Shown in pieces: positions 18,520 to 27,503 of a stretch of 64,000 nt of DNA. Under the pieces are notes generated by a model. The model did not search any database. It saw only the letters and a list, made by a program, of their open reading frames with translations, and had not been told where the DNA came from. Both the position numbers and the translations under genes were made by a program. Every line of letters begins with the position of its first letter. Position 1 is the stretch's first letter. Source of the stretch: a phage; the sequence record OZ413487.1; one strand, 5' to 3'.

Positions 18520-18536
18520 ATCTCAATAAGTATAAT
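18509..18536 (+). promoter_or_regulatory. sigma70-like promoter (TTGACA-16-TATAAT)
   Basis: Consensus hexamers; precedes gene at 18594. Confidence 0.6.
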
Positions 18537-18593
18537 TAAAAACACAGGCGGGAAAACTTCCCGCCACTAACAAAGAAAACAGGAGAAAATATC

Positions 18594-19217
18594 ATGACCA
18601 CCGTTAACATTACCACAGGTTACAATTTATCTTTCGACGTGCTGACCGACGAACAAAAAGAAAAAGCCGTGGAAATGGTCCGCGAAAGAGAAGAACACAG
18701 CGGGGATAACTTTTTTGCAGAAAGTGTAATTGAGTACTATAAAGAATATGTTTTTCCAGAGTACGGCCTTGAAGATACCGATGTACATTGGTCAGGCTTT
18801 TGGTGCCAGGGTGACGGCGCGTCAATCAGTGCGGAAAACGTGGATTTAGAAAAATTCTTGCGTAAAGTCAAGTCTCTGACTAAATTCCGCTCAATTCGTC
18901 ACTTGTTCGGCACAATGCACGATGGCGAGTTATCCGCAAGTGTTGAGCGTGATCCATATAGCCGCTATAGTCACGAAAACACTGTAAACGGATACATCGA
19001 TACTACATGGCTAGACCTGACCACCAAACAAGAAAACAAAGTGGAAGATCTGGAAGAGCTGATCACCGAGACGGTACGGGAGTTATCCCGCAAGGTTTAC
19101 GTAGACCTGGAGGAGGCCTATCTTGAACAATTCACCGCCGAAAACTTGATCGGCCTTATCGAGGCCAATGATTGGCGGTTTGATGTCGATGAACACGGTA
19201 AGATGACTTTTTCATAA
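18594..19217 (+). CDS. hypothetical protein
   Basis: ORF track; CAGGAGAAAA RBS. Confidence 0.5.
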   Translation: MTTVNITTGYNLSFDVLTDEQKEKAVEMVREREEHSGDNFFAESVIEYYKEYVFPEYGLEDTDVHWSGFWCQGDGASISAENVDLEKFLRKVKSLTKFRSIRHLFGTMHDGELSASVERDPYSRYSHENTVNGYIDTTWLDLTTKQENKVEDLEELITETVRELSRKVYVDLEEAYLEQFTAENLIGLIEANDWRFDVDEHGKMTFS

Positions 19218-19225
19218 ATAAAGTG

Positions 19226-19253
19226 TTGCAATAACCTAAAAACCTGCTATATT
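19226..19253 (+). promoter_or_regulatory. sigma70-like promoter (TTGCAA-16-TATATT)
   Basis: Precedes gene at 19306. Confidence 0.45.
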
Positions 19254-19305
19254 AAAACTCAAGGGGCAAGACGTTTGCCCCACACAAAACAAAGAGGTAA
19301 ACATT

Positions 19306-19686
19306 ATGAAAAACACTACTAAAGCTATTGACACCGTTATGTTTAACCTGGTTACATTCCGTGAAGATATGAAAGATCTTCCACGTGAAACAGTGTGCGA
19401 TCACATTGAAAACTATCGCAAACTAATCAAAGAGTTGCCTTTAAAACGTGACCAGTATGCGGCTAACGCTATGCTTAACGCCATGATCAAAAAGATGATT
19501 CAGTGTGATTTAACTCTGGCCTATGATTATGCAGGTGGTCGTTTTGCAGTATACAATCAGCCCGTGCCTGGTATGAGCACCACCGAAGAATTGCACGCGT
19601 TAAATCTGAAACAAGATGTATGGGATAACATGCCCCGCGTGGTGGTGTGGGCAGAAAGCGGAAAGATTTACGGCGATAATTTTTAA
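19306..19686 (+). CDS. hypothetical protein
   Basis: ORF track; AAAGAGG RBS. Confidence 0.5.
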   Translation: MKNTTKAIDTVMFNLVTFREDMKDLPRETVCDHIENYRKLIKELPLKRDQYAANAMLNAMIKKMIQCDLTLAYDYAGGRFAVYNQPVPGMSTTEELHALNLKQDVWDNMPRVVVWAESGKIYGDNF

Positions 19687-19696
19687 TCAGGTAACA

Positions 19697-19722
19697 GGCG
19701 GCATATTTGCCGCCTTATTGTT
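19697..19722 (+). terminator. intrinsic terminator
   Basis: GGCGGCA-TATT-TGCCGCC followed by TTATTGTT. Confidence 0.6.
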
Positions 19723-19750
19723 AAACAGAACTGCAAAAGAGGTACATAGA

Positions 19751-20122
19751 ATGGAATTTATTATTTTGGCTGTAGTAGTTGCCTTGTTCAACGCCTGGAT
19801 CGCTGGCAAGATAGGTAGATCCGCTTTTCTATGGTTTGTTATATCTATTTTCCTGGGAGTGGTTGCAACTATTGTATTGGTTATCCTTGCAATTGTTGAC
19901 AAGGGCGATAATAGAAAGGGTAAAGTGTTTTCCGACCTGTATGACGCACAAACGTTTGTCAACGCCTATTATAGTGATCTTCCAGTCTCCCTACGCTGCA
20001 GCCTGGCACAACAGGTTTTTGATGAGGCTAAAACCAGAGACCAAGCCCATGAGATATGTTTAACTGAAGCGGATCGCCTATTTGAGAGGAATAGAAAATA
20101 TGTGGACCAGCCGTTTAAATAA
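19751..20122 (+). CDS. hypothetical membrane protein
   Basis: ORF track 19616..20122; ATG 19751 after AAAGAGG; two hydrophobic helices. Confidence 0.45.
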   Translation: MEFIILAVVVALFNAWIAGKIGRSAFLWFVISIFLGVVATIVLVILAIVDKGDNRKGKVFSDLYDAQTFVNAYYSDLPVSLRCSLAQQVFDEAKTRDQAHEICLTEADRLFERNRKYVDQPFK

Positions 20123-20465
20123 CGCCACGTTAATTAATCCCTTTAGTGAAGATTTGAAGCCAGCCGCCTGGCGTGACGGATTCAATAACGAACGCTTTAT
20201 TTTCAGGCCTGATCTTGAGGAATTTTATAACAATGGATCGAACAACAGCGGAGATAATTTTTCTTGTGGTGTGCGTGGTGATAGGACTCCTGGGGGCCAT
20301 TGTAAACCACGTCACTACTAACAGGAGGGAAGGGGGAGACGATGACAACCAAAGATAAGCCATGCGCTGATAAGGTGCGCCGTGTTATGGTATGGCTTGA
20401 GATTATCGCCCTTGAAATATTGTTAGGCGTAGGGATGTACTTTATCGCTGTAAGTAACTAAGAGC

Positions 20466-20494
20466 GGCCCCCGATCATGGGGGCCTATCTTTTA
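20466..20494 (+). terminator. intrinsic terminator
   Basis: GGCCCCC-GATCAT-GGGGGCC followed by TATCTTTT. Confidence 0.65.
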
Positions 20495-20515
20495 AAAAAT
20501 TTTTCTTCCGGGGTG

Positions 20516-20544
20516 TTGCAATCCGGTCCGGAATGTGGATAATA
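20516..20544 (+). promoter_or_regulatory. sigma70-like promoter (TTGCAA-17-ATAATA)
   Basis: Precedes gene at 20600. Confidence 0.45.
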
Positions 20545-20599
20545 ACAATCAACGGGGAGCTAATCCCCACCACCACAAAAACCAGAAAGGAGAAACAAA

Positions 20600-20800
20600 A
20601 TGAGCAACAATATCCGCGTTATTAACTTCAAAAAAGAAGAAAAAATTGCCGTGCTGATTGACGGTCAAGAAATCTTCAAGGGCGACTATGAAGATCATCA
20701 AACGGCGATTAGTATCACTCGCGTGATTGGTTATCATAATTTCTACCCCCAAGGCGCTGAGGCAGCAGTTAAACGAATCAAAGAGATTGTAGGCCTGTAA
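20600..20800 (+). CDS. hypothetical protein
   Basis: ORF track; AAAGGAGAAA RBS. Confidence 0.5.
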   Translation: MSNNIRVINFKKEEKIAVLIDGQEIFKGDYEDHQTAISITRVIGYHNFYPQGAEAAVKRIKEIVGL

Positions 20801-20803
20801 AAT

Positions 20804-20848
20804 TTATTTTTAGATGGCCTTGACTTCAGGGCCATCGATAAAGTAAAT
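20804..20848 (+). promoter_or_regulatory. repeated hairpin/promoter element, copy 3
   Basis: Same element as 16461 and 17089 with 2 substitutions (TTGACTTCAG loop, GATAAAG). Confidence 0.55.
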
Positions 20849-20893
20849 TTAAACCCTGTTAAAATACCACGCAGTTAACAAGGAGTGATAGAC

Positions 20894-21193
20894 ATGTTTA
20901 TCCAGGCTAATAATCTTTATTTCTTTGATGGTCAGATCGTAGATGGTGTGGAAGTGGAGATCACCGGGTGCCCTGGCGGTCAGGCTATGACTTTTCGGAA
21001 TAATGCCTTTGATGATTCTCATATCGTTATAAGAATGGAAGTTACGAAGCTGGACGACAAGAAAACACTTATTGACTATTCTGTGAAAGATCATCCAGAC
21101 TACCGCATGATCCATGGTGATTTGTGCATTGTTGACCGTGACAAGGTGGGCGGCATTGTGATCGCTATTGTGAACGATGTTTTCTCAAACTAA
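20894..21193 (+). CDS. hypothetical protein
   Basis: ORF track 20885..21193; ATG 20894 after AAGGAG. Confidence 0.5.
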   Translation: MFIQANNLYFFDGQIVDGVEVEITGCPGGQAMTFRNNAFDDSHIVIRMEVTKLDDKKTLIDYSVKDHPDYRMIHGDLCIVDRDKVGGIVIAIVNDVFSN

Positions 21194-21210
21194 TTTCAGC
21201 AGGCGATTTT

Positions 21211-21561
21211 ATGAAAGTCAAACTATATTACCTTAATGAGCTTAACCCCCTTGCCCAGGTCCGCGCCCTAGCTAATACCTTGATTTGTGAGAAATCTGTA
21301 TATTGTGTTGAGCTTAACGCCATGCGTGAACGTCTCAAAGGTGGTTACTTTGACATCCATGCTGCAATCAACGGCCTGAATATGGAATTTATACGCTTAC
21401 GTAACAGCCGCCGGAATCTGGCAAGAATGGAACAAGATCCGGCCCACCTTCGTAAACTGGTTATTGAAAATCATCTGATGTTTAATGCCGAGGGGGATTA
21501 TTACCATTTTCACCGCAAACGCTGGTACCGTGGCGGCAATACAGGCAAGAATGCAAAATAA
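21211..21561 (+). CDS. hypothetical protein
   Basis: ORF track. Confidence 0.5.
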   Translation: MKVKLYYLNELNPLAQVRALANTLICEKSVYCVELNAMRERLKGGYFDIHAAINGLNMEFIRLRNSRRNLARMEQDPAHLRKLVIENHLMFNAEGDYYHFHRKRWYRGGNTGKNAK

Positions 21562-21598
21562 GGCCCCTAGCAGGGCCTGCAGCAATATAATCACATAA

Positions 21599-21630
21599 AG
21601 GCCATGCGGTTGCATGGCCTTTATTATTTT
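21599..21630 (+). terminator. intrinsic terminator
   Basis: AGGCCATGC-GGTT-GCATGGCCT followed by TTATTATTTT. Confidence 0.7.
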
Positions 21631-21678
21631 GGCGTTACAACGGCATACGGGGCGCTTAAAAAATTTTTAAAGAAGTAC

Positions 21679-21707
21679 TTGCATCATTCCCGACAATATG
21701 GATAATA
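21679..21707 (+). promoter_or_regulatory. sigma70-like promoter (TTGCAT-17-ATAATA) driving a region with no convincing ORF
   Basis: Downstream 21714-22100 has only a 22-codon ORF with RBS and a distant 11-bp inverted repeat. Confidence 0.45.
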
Positions 21708-22120
21708 AGAGTTGTCGAGGGGGAGGCCCCCAATCGTTGACCAGATAGATAGGAGTTAAAATCATGGCTATTGTTACCGCTGGCTATCTTCAAAGATGCG
21801 GAAGCAAAACAACGCCGGATCTCAATACATGAGATCATCAACCTTAACGCTGGAGGCACACCATACCGCCCAGGACCTGGCCGTGAGATGGACAATACGC
21901 TAGCGATCCTGAAGATACGCCGTAAACGGTCCTCCCTTACTCTGGACTCATTACACACAATGCAGCCTCCGTTCCAGGTGACCGGGAAACGGATCGCCAG
22001 GTCCTGGACAAAGGCCAATGATCGGACCGTATAAATAAAAGTGTTTTGGTACTGATTTTGGGGTTGACTTGTTCGGCCCCTTTTGCTATTCTTATTAAAC
22101 GGGCGGCACTTGGGAACAGG

Positions 22121-22143
22121 GGGAGACAATCACCGGGCCTGCC
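22121..22143 (-). repeat. conserved 23-nt motif, copy 3 (inverted orientation)
   Basis: Reverse complement GGCAGGCCCGGTGATTGTCTCCC matches copy at 14681 at about 21/23 positions. Confidence 0.6.
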
Positions 22144-22167
22144 TGTCATATAAGAACTATAAAAACC

Positions 22168-22196
22168 GTTGACATCTGCCATGGGGTGGGGTAACA
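22168..22196 (+). promoter_or_regulatory. sigma70-like promoter (TTGACA-17-TAACAT)
   Basis: Precedes gene at 22252. Confidence 0.5.
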
Positions 22197-22251
22197 TTTA
22201 TCTTGAAGGGGCAAAAGTGCCCACACAACAACCAAGAGAGAGGAAAACACT

Positions 22252-22524
22252 ATGTCAAACTGGATTAATCAAGAAGTCGAATCACGTTTTAATGCTATTT
22301 GGGATCTCATCGAAAAAGAAGACGGCACATCAAGCCCCTACCTCAACAATTTGGAATTCCATTTTGTGGAAGCGATGAACGCAGAACATGATCACGAAGG
22401 TGGCGCGGATGAGTTCGCTAAAGGTTATGGCTTTAACAATGCCAACGAAATGATCGAGGCGGTAGTACTCCAGGCTGAGGAAGATTATCAACTAAAAACG
22501 CTTGAATTCTGCCGCCGCAAGTAA
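22252..22524 (+). CDS. hypothetical protein
   Basis: ORF track; GAGAGGAAAA RBS. Confidence 0.5.
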   Translation: MSNWINQEVESRFNAIWDLIEKEDGTSSPYLNNLEFHFVEAMNAEHDHEGGADEFAKGYGFNNANEMIEAVVLQAEEDYQLKTLEFCRRK

Positions 22525-22584
22525 TAAGATAATGACACGGGCCAAAAGGCCCACTAATCAGAACCGCACAAAGAGGTAAACATC

Positions 22585-22848
22585 ATGAAACGTCTTGATC
22601 AGCTCAAATTAGTTCAATATATGGCTTATCGTGTTCTTGAAGTCCAGAAAGGTAGCAAAAAAGAGGTTTGCGAGAAAGCTTATAAGATCTTCACTCGCAA
22701 AAAAGATGACTGGATGCTACGCCAGACTAAAAAGGCTGACATCTTGGGGTACCTGGAAGAAGAGATCCGCCTTGAAGAGCAAGAAGAGATCCGCCGTAGT
22801 GAGGCAGATTATCAGGCAGCTTGGGAAAACTGGATGAGCAACAAATAA
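22585..22848 (+). CDS. hypothetical protein
   Basis: ORF track; AAAGAGG RBS; last + strand gene before the noncoding zone. Confidence 0.5.
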   Translation: MKRLDQLKLVQYMAYRVLEVQKGSKKEVCEKAYKIFTRKKDDWMLRQTKKADILGYLEEEIRLEEQEEIRRSEADYQAAWENWMSNK

Positions 22849-22867
22849 TACAACAAGGTGCACGGTC

Positions 22868-22893
22868 AGGGGCTTAAAGCCCCTTTCTTTTTG
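22868..22893 (+). terminator. intrinsic terminator ending the + strand gene block
   Basis: AGGGGC-TTAAA-GCCCCT followed by TTCTTTTTG. Confidence 0.7.
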
Positions 22894-23502
22894 TCTCCTC
22901 TTTTCCTACCACAAATGGCCCCGCCTGGCAAATGGAATAATCAACAAGCCAGCAATTAACCCCACTGTACAAACATACATATAAAATAACTATTGCATAA
23001 TTTTTCATTGTGTGGTAGCAGTGCCATTTTTACACGTTTTTCCTTCCAAAATTGCACGTAATGCAGCATTTGCACAAAATTTAACCTGATGCATATCTTC
23101 AATAGCTTGTCAACAACTAAAAATCTTTATAAGTCATACACTTACATAACTACAAAAACGTTTTCTACGTGAAAAATCGAGTATAACTATAGCCGCCAGA
23201 TCTCAGAATTTACGTACGCTCGCCATTCTATAGCCTGCTAAGCATTTATTCCAACCATAGAATAACGGAATAGTCAATACCTGCATAAAATAATTATTCG
23301 TGTAAACTGCATAACATAAATCGGCCCAGGTGTCAACATTTTTCGTAAACAGTCTGGAATTGTCACGTTAGGTTACCATAAGCAGAGAAATCTTTAGTCG
23401 TCTAATGTTTACTGTACATTACTATACTGACTGGAATCATTAGATGACTAAGAGAAAGATAAGAAATAATTAATAATGTAATTATTTTACCTGTAACAAT
23501 AA

Positions 23503-23760
23503 GGCAACTATGCAAACGAATGGCATGGCGCGACGGAGTCGCGACATAATATAAAAGCAGTAACCATCACCCCCGTGATAGTTTGTCTGCAAACTATTAA
23601 TCAGATCATAGTTGCCTTGTATTTAGTTAATCATGACATGACAAGCAAGGCAACTATAGATCTGCTAATAGTTGCCCTGCTTTTATATTATGTCATGCTA
23701 ATTATAATCAGTGCGATTATTGTCATGTATAATTATTGTCATGCAAACGAATGGCATGGC
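23503..23760. repeat. GGCAACTAT motif x4 (two inverted pairs) bracketed by 19-nt direct repeat TGCAAACGAATGGCATGGC
   Basis: Direct repeats at 23511-23529 and 23742-23760; 12-bp inverted repeat ATAGTTGCCTTG / CAAGGCAACTAT at 23608-23619 and 23646-23657. Confidence 0.6.
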
Positions 23761-23767
23761 TGATTAT

Positions 23768-23862
23768 CGGTGTGTAAACAGTCAATCATGTAAATGGTTA
23801 GCATGTGAACAATCAGGAATGTAAACAATCCAGTGTGTAAACTAATAGGTGTGTAAAAGTGT
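23768..23862. repeat. TGTAAAC iteron cluster (5 copies in ~95 bp)
   Basis: GTGTGTAAAC x2-3, ATGTAAA, AATGTAAAC at 11-25 nt spacing. Confidence 0.55.
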
Positions 23863-24134
23863 CATGTTGTGTCAGTTAGGTCACATTATGTCAGACAAGT
23901 TTTTCTCCTCTTTGTCAAGTGCTGCATGAAAAATTTACAAGCTTGTATGGTAGCATTTTTGCGGCCCTGTTTACATTCAGTAATGTATGTATAATCCTTG
24001 TTGTGTGGGCGTTTAGACGTCTAGACGGTTGGAAGTCCACAGGTCAATATCTAATCTATCGGCTGCTAACTATATCCCACACAAATAGTAAGAAATATGA
24101 TTGTTATATGCGTAAACTGTAACTCATGTTATCA

Positions 24135-24505
24135 ATCCCTGTATGGATCGCCAGTGGTGCGCATAATAGGTATTATGTTAAATTGCCCGTAATGATAACA
24201 GTTCTCACAATGATAGGTATTCTCATTCATCCACACAAAATAGGTTGCAAATGTTGTGCCACTGTGTGAACGGCCTGGCCTATTAATTTCTCTCACTGCC
24301 TCGATATTTGAGAATTGTTATCCCTGTATGGATCGCCAGTGGTGCGCATAATAGGTATTATGTTAAATTGCCCGTAATGATAACAGTTCTCACAATGATA
24401 GGTATTCTCATTCATCCACACAAAATAGGTTGCAAATGTTGTGCCACTGTGTGAACGGCCTGGCCTATTAATTTCTCTCACTGCCTCGATATTTGAGAAT
24501 TGTTA
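24135..24505. repeat. tandem duplication, two ~185-bp units
   Basis: Unit beginning ATCCCTGTATGGATCGCCAGTGGTGCGCATAATAGG... occurs twice head-to-tail, essentially identical. Confidence 0.85.
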
Positions 24506-25564
24506 TAAGAATGAGAAGTATTCCCATTCCGTCCGCCTGGCAGCACTCCTGTAGGTCCTGCAAGGACTCTAGCTGAAAGCTAGACCCTTCGGGCCTCCCT
24601 GTAGGTCAGGTCAAAATCGTGGTAGAATTGGGCCTGTTCAGATATTTCTGGCTGACTCTTCAGGTCTGTGTGGGAAAAGCCAACCTCTCCGGCGGGGCAG
24701 GGGGTCATGACGGGAAAATTGCAGGTCAATTAAAAAATTTACGTGGTGTATGAAGCGCTCTTCAGGTAAGGCATGTATTATGGGATGAAACCCTCTTCAG
24801 GCAATGATATTTGTGGGTGTGATATTTGCTGGAAAGCCAGATATGACGGGACTCCCGGCGGGGATGGGGTAGTACAGACAGGGAAAATATGAGAATGTAG
24901 TTGGGGAAATTGATCAGACAGGTAGAGTATGGAATATGTTACAAGTATGTTAAATATGGAGGTTGAATATCTGTAGGATTTGTGTGTAAAATCAAAGACT
25001 TAAGGGGTGTTGTGGTATTTTCTATAAATAATTCAAGTTTAATAGGCAATATTTGTCTCTATCCGCTTTGTGTGGTAAACAGATTCAGATTAGATTGGTT
25101 TACAAGTGTATACATAATATACAAATTAAAGATACAAGAAACCCCCCTCCCCCTTCGGCTACCATTCACCTTTTCCTCTGACTGGTACTTAAACACTTAT
25201 TCAGACTCTTCAGGTTATCACCCATATATCATATGGCAGTGACTGGTGTCCTCCGGCCCCTCTTTCGTCACCCGTCCGCTTCGCCATGCTAATGCCATAG
25301 CCAATGGTTCGGTTGTTCACTCTGTTCACTCAGGTGTATCTCCATACCCCTTCAAACCGAAGAGAACAGAAAACCCGAATTACTCGGTAAAAGAAAAGAG
25401 AAGAACTTAATTTTATCAGGATAGGCAAGAATGTCAAGGCATGACTGCTCACTAAACAAGCAAACAGTCATGTGTGGAAGGTAAGTGATTGTGGTGGTGG
25501 GAAATTTAGTTGAAAGATGTGTTATAGGTGCTCCCAGCACTTTAGCCGGGTAGCTAATTGTGTG

Positions 25565-25846
25565 TCAGTCCAGTGGTTCATCACCTACTTCACTGAAATC
25601 AATGTTCATGGTCTCCTCCCAACCATCAATCTCAGCACCAGAGTAGAGATCTTTAGGACTTACTCCCAAAGCATCAGCAACAGAGTCCATATTTAACACC
25701 TCTGGCAGGTATGATTCATCGAATTCAAGGTAAATCAGGCCACGAGTGTTGTCAGCTCCACCAAATATTTCTATCTTCATGAAATCTCCTCTGGGAATGA
25801 GAGTGTGAACAGGGTTTATACGTTCCAATGCGCTGGAATTATGCAC
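25565..25846 (-). CDS. hypothetical acidic protein
   Basis: ORF track; last gene of the - strand block. Confidence 0.4.
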   Translation of the reverse strand: MHNSSALERINPVHTLIPRGDFMKIEIFGGADNTRGLIYLEFDESYLPEVLNMDSVADALGVSPKDLYSGAEIDGWEETMNIDFSEVGDEPLD

Positions 25847-26473
25847 GTTTGCCTCTTCAGGCCATGCTTCAGCATGAGGAACCTGTGTGGGCTCGGTGCT
25901 TCATAGTCTACCACCCCTGAACTCTTCGTGCTCAGGCATAATAGAGAACCAGATATCTACGATGTCTTCCCACGTCAGGTCATCAGCCTCAGGATCTACC
26001 TGGAGCGAAGATGAAGAATCTTCAGAATCGAAGTTTTCCTCTTGCACTGGCTCAGTCAAGGGACATATAGTCACTCCTTTGGATGTCTCTTCAGATGCAT
26101 GTGTGTTTATCATGTTCCACCCGTGAGTATTCCGGCAACAGCTGCTATGGACGTAATGATCATCAGGATCACCACTAAAACTTCGGACAATGTTCTCATT
26201 GTGTACTCCATATTCTACAAACTATGTGTGGATACTATCACTGGATCGGTAATGTGTCAACAGAAACGCCGCGAGGGTTTGGTTAAAATCCGAGCGTATG
26301 GTGATTTGGGTCAAAACGGACGTGCGTTCTCGCTACGCTCGAAATATGGAGTTGTTTGTAGGGAGCTCTTAAACGCTCTGTAATGAAATTAACTACCCAA
26401 GGTATGCAATCGTGCACCAGACAAAGAAAAGGACGCCACAGAGCGTCCTAGGTGTCTTAAATTTGATATTTTG

Positions 26474-26785
26474 CTATACCCACGAGGGCTTATCAAGGTT
26501 GGAGTAGCTGAAAGGTGTCAAAAGGTGACTGTCAAAATCTCTCAAACTATCCAAATCTTTTTCCTCGTCCTGACACCATCTGTGCCTACATTTGTTGTTG
26601 TAGTGCATGGAATGCATAGCGTTCTGCAACTTAACAGGCACAAGTGATTCAGGAGTAGATAGTATTGTTGGGTATGCCAGAACCACCTCAAACAGTGGAA
26701 ACACATCGAAACTAAAGTCTACCTCTGCAGAGGTTGATGGCATATAGGAGTATTTAGCCGCCTTTGTAGACATAATCCACCTCAC
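26474..26785 (-). CDS. hypothetical protein
   Basis: ORF track. Confidence 0.4.
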   Translation of the reverse strand: MRWIMSTKAAKYSYMPSTSAEVDFSFDVFPLFEVVLAYPTILSTPESLVPVKLQNAMHSMHYNNKCRHRWCQDEEKDLDSLRDFDSHLLTPFSYSNLDKPSWV

Positions 26786-27114
26786 ACAGGTTTGATAATA
26801 CCTTCACCGAATAGCTCTTCGTATCTAATCTTGTCCGGATCCCACTCCTGTATAATTTCGAAGACAATATCCAACCCAGGAACAATCACTTCTCCAGTGT
26901 CAAGCTTAGCAAGAACAAAACCGGAAGGTTGAATGGTTTCCCAGTTACGGCGATCAGAATAAAATACTTCGAAAATATCACCAACCTCAATCCGTTTCTG
27001 TTGCTCAAGATGCTGAAGGTTCTCTTTCATACGGATGCAGCGTATTTTTCGTGCAGGCCATAGACCACCTGCATCACGTTCATTCAATTCTTTTACAGTG
27101 ATCGGTATACCCAT
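26782..27114 (-). CDS. hypothetical protein
   Basis: ORF track; 4-nt overlap with downstream gene. Confidence 0.45.
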   Translation of the reverse strand: MGIPITVKELNERDAGGLWPARKIRCIRMKENLQHLEQQKRIEVGDIFEVFYSDRRNWETIQPSGFVLAKLDTGEVIVPGLDIVFEIIQEWDPDKIRYEELFGEGIIKPV

Positions 27115-27169
27115 CTCAAGTCTCCTTCATGGATAGTAAAAAGAGGGGCCTAAGCCCCCCTCTTTGTCA

Positions 27170-27475
27170 TTATTCTACAGAGCGTTTGAACAGAATGTCT
27201 GCCTCAGACATGTGCTCAACCTCTTCTTCGATTTTAGCTCGACGTTTTTCAGCCTCATATCGAATATCGAACTCGGTAGCCACCAGAGATTTGATGAATT
27301 TAGGAGAATACAGATGATCCTGCTTCTCAACAAGAATGATATCCTTGATGGCATCTTTCAAATCTTTAATCTGAAGCTGGAGTTCCACCAGTTCTTCAAT
27401 TGTTTTGCGAAGGCGATCACGTTCTGCAGTGTCAGAAGGAAGAGAGGTGAACAGTTCAACTTTAGATTTAGCCAT
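27170..27475 (-). CDS. hypothetical coiled-coil protein
   Basis: ORF track. Confidence 0.45.
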   Translation of the reverse strand: MAKSKVELFTSLPSDTAERDRLRKTIEELVELQLQIKDLKDAIKDIILVEKQDHLYSPKFIKSLVATEFDIRYEAEKRRAKIEEEVEHMSEADILFKRSVE

Positions 27476-27503
27476 AGTAAGAGTCTCCTTATGTTGTTTT
27501 AAA

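Noticed and set aside
16461-20848. CRISPR array interpretation of the repeated 45-nt elements
   Set aside because: Repeats are 0.6-3.7 kb apart with protein-coding genes between them and contain promoter hexamers; the 185-bp tandem at 24135 has only two long units. Neither fits CRISPR architecture.
21656-22129. 157-aa ORF on the - strand (and 21937..22197 -)
   Set aside because: Overlaps a + strand promoter, the conserved 23-nt motif and a terminator-like hairpin; no RBS; opposite to all local transcription.
23575-24122. ORFs 23575..23763 and 23919..24122 in the noncoding zone
   Set aside because: Composed of iterons and direct repeats, low-complexity translation, no RBS.
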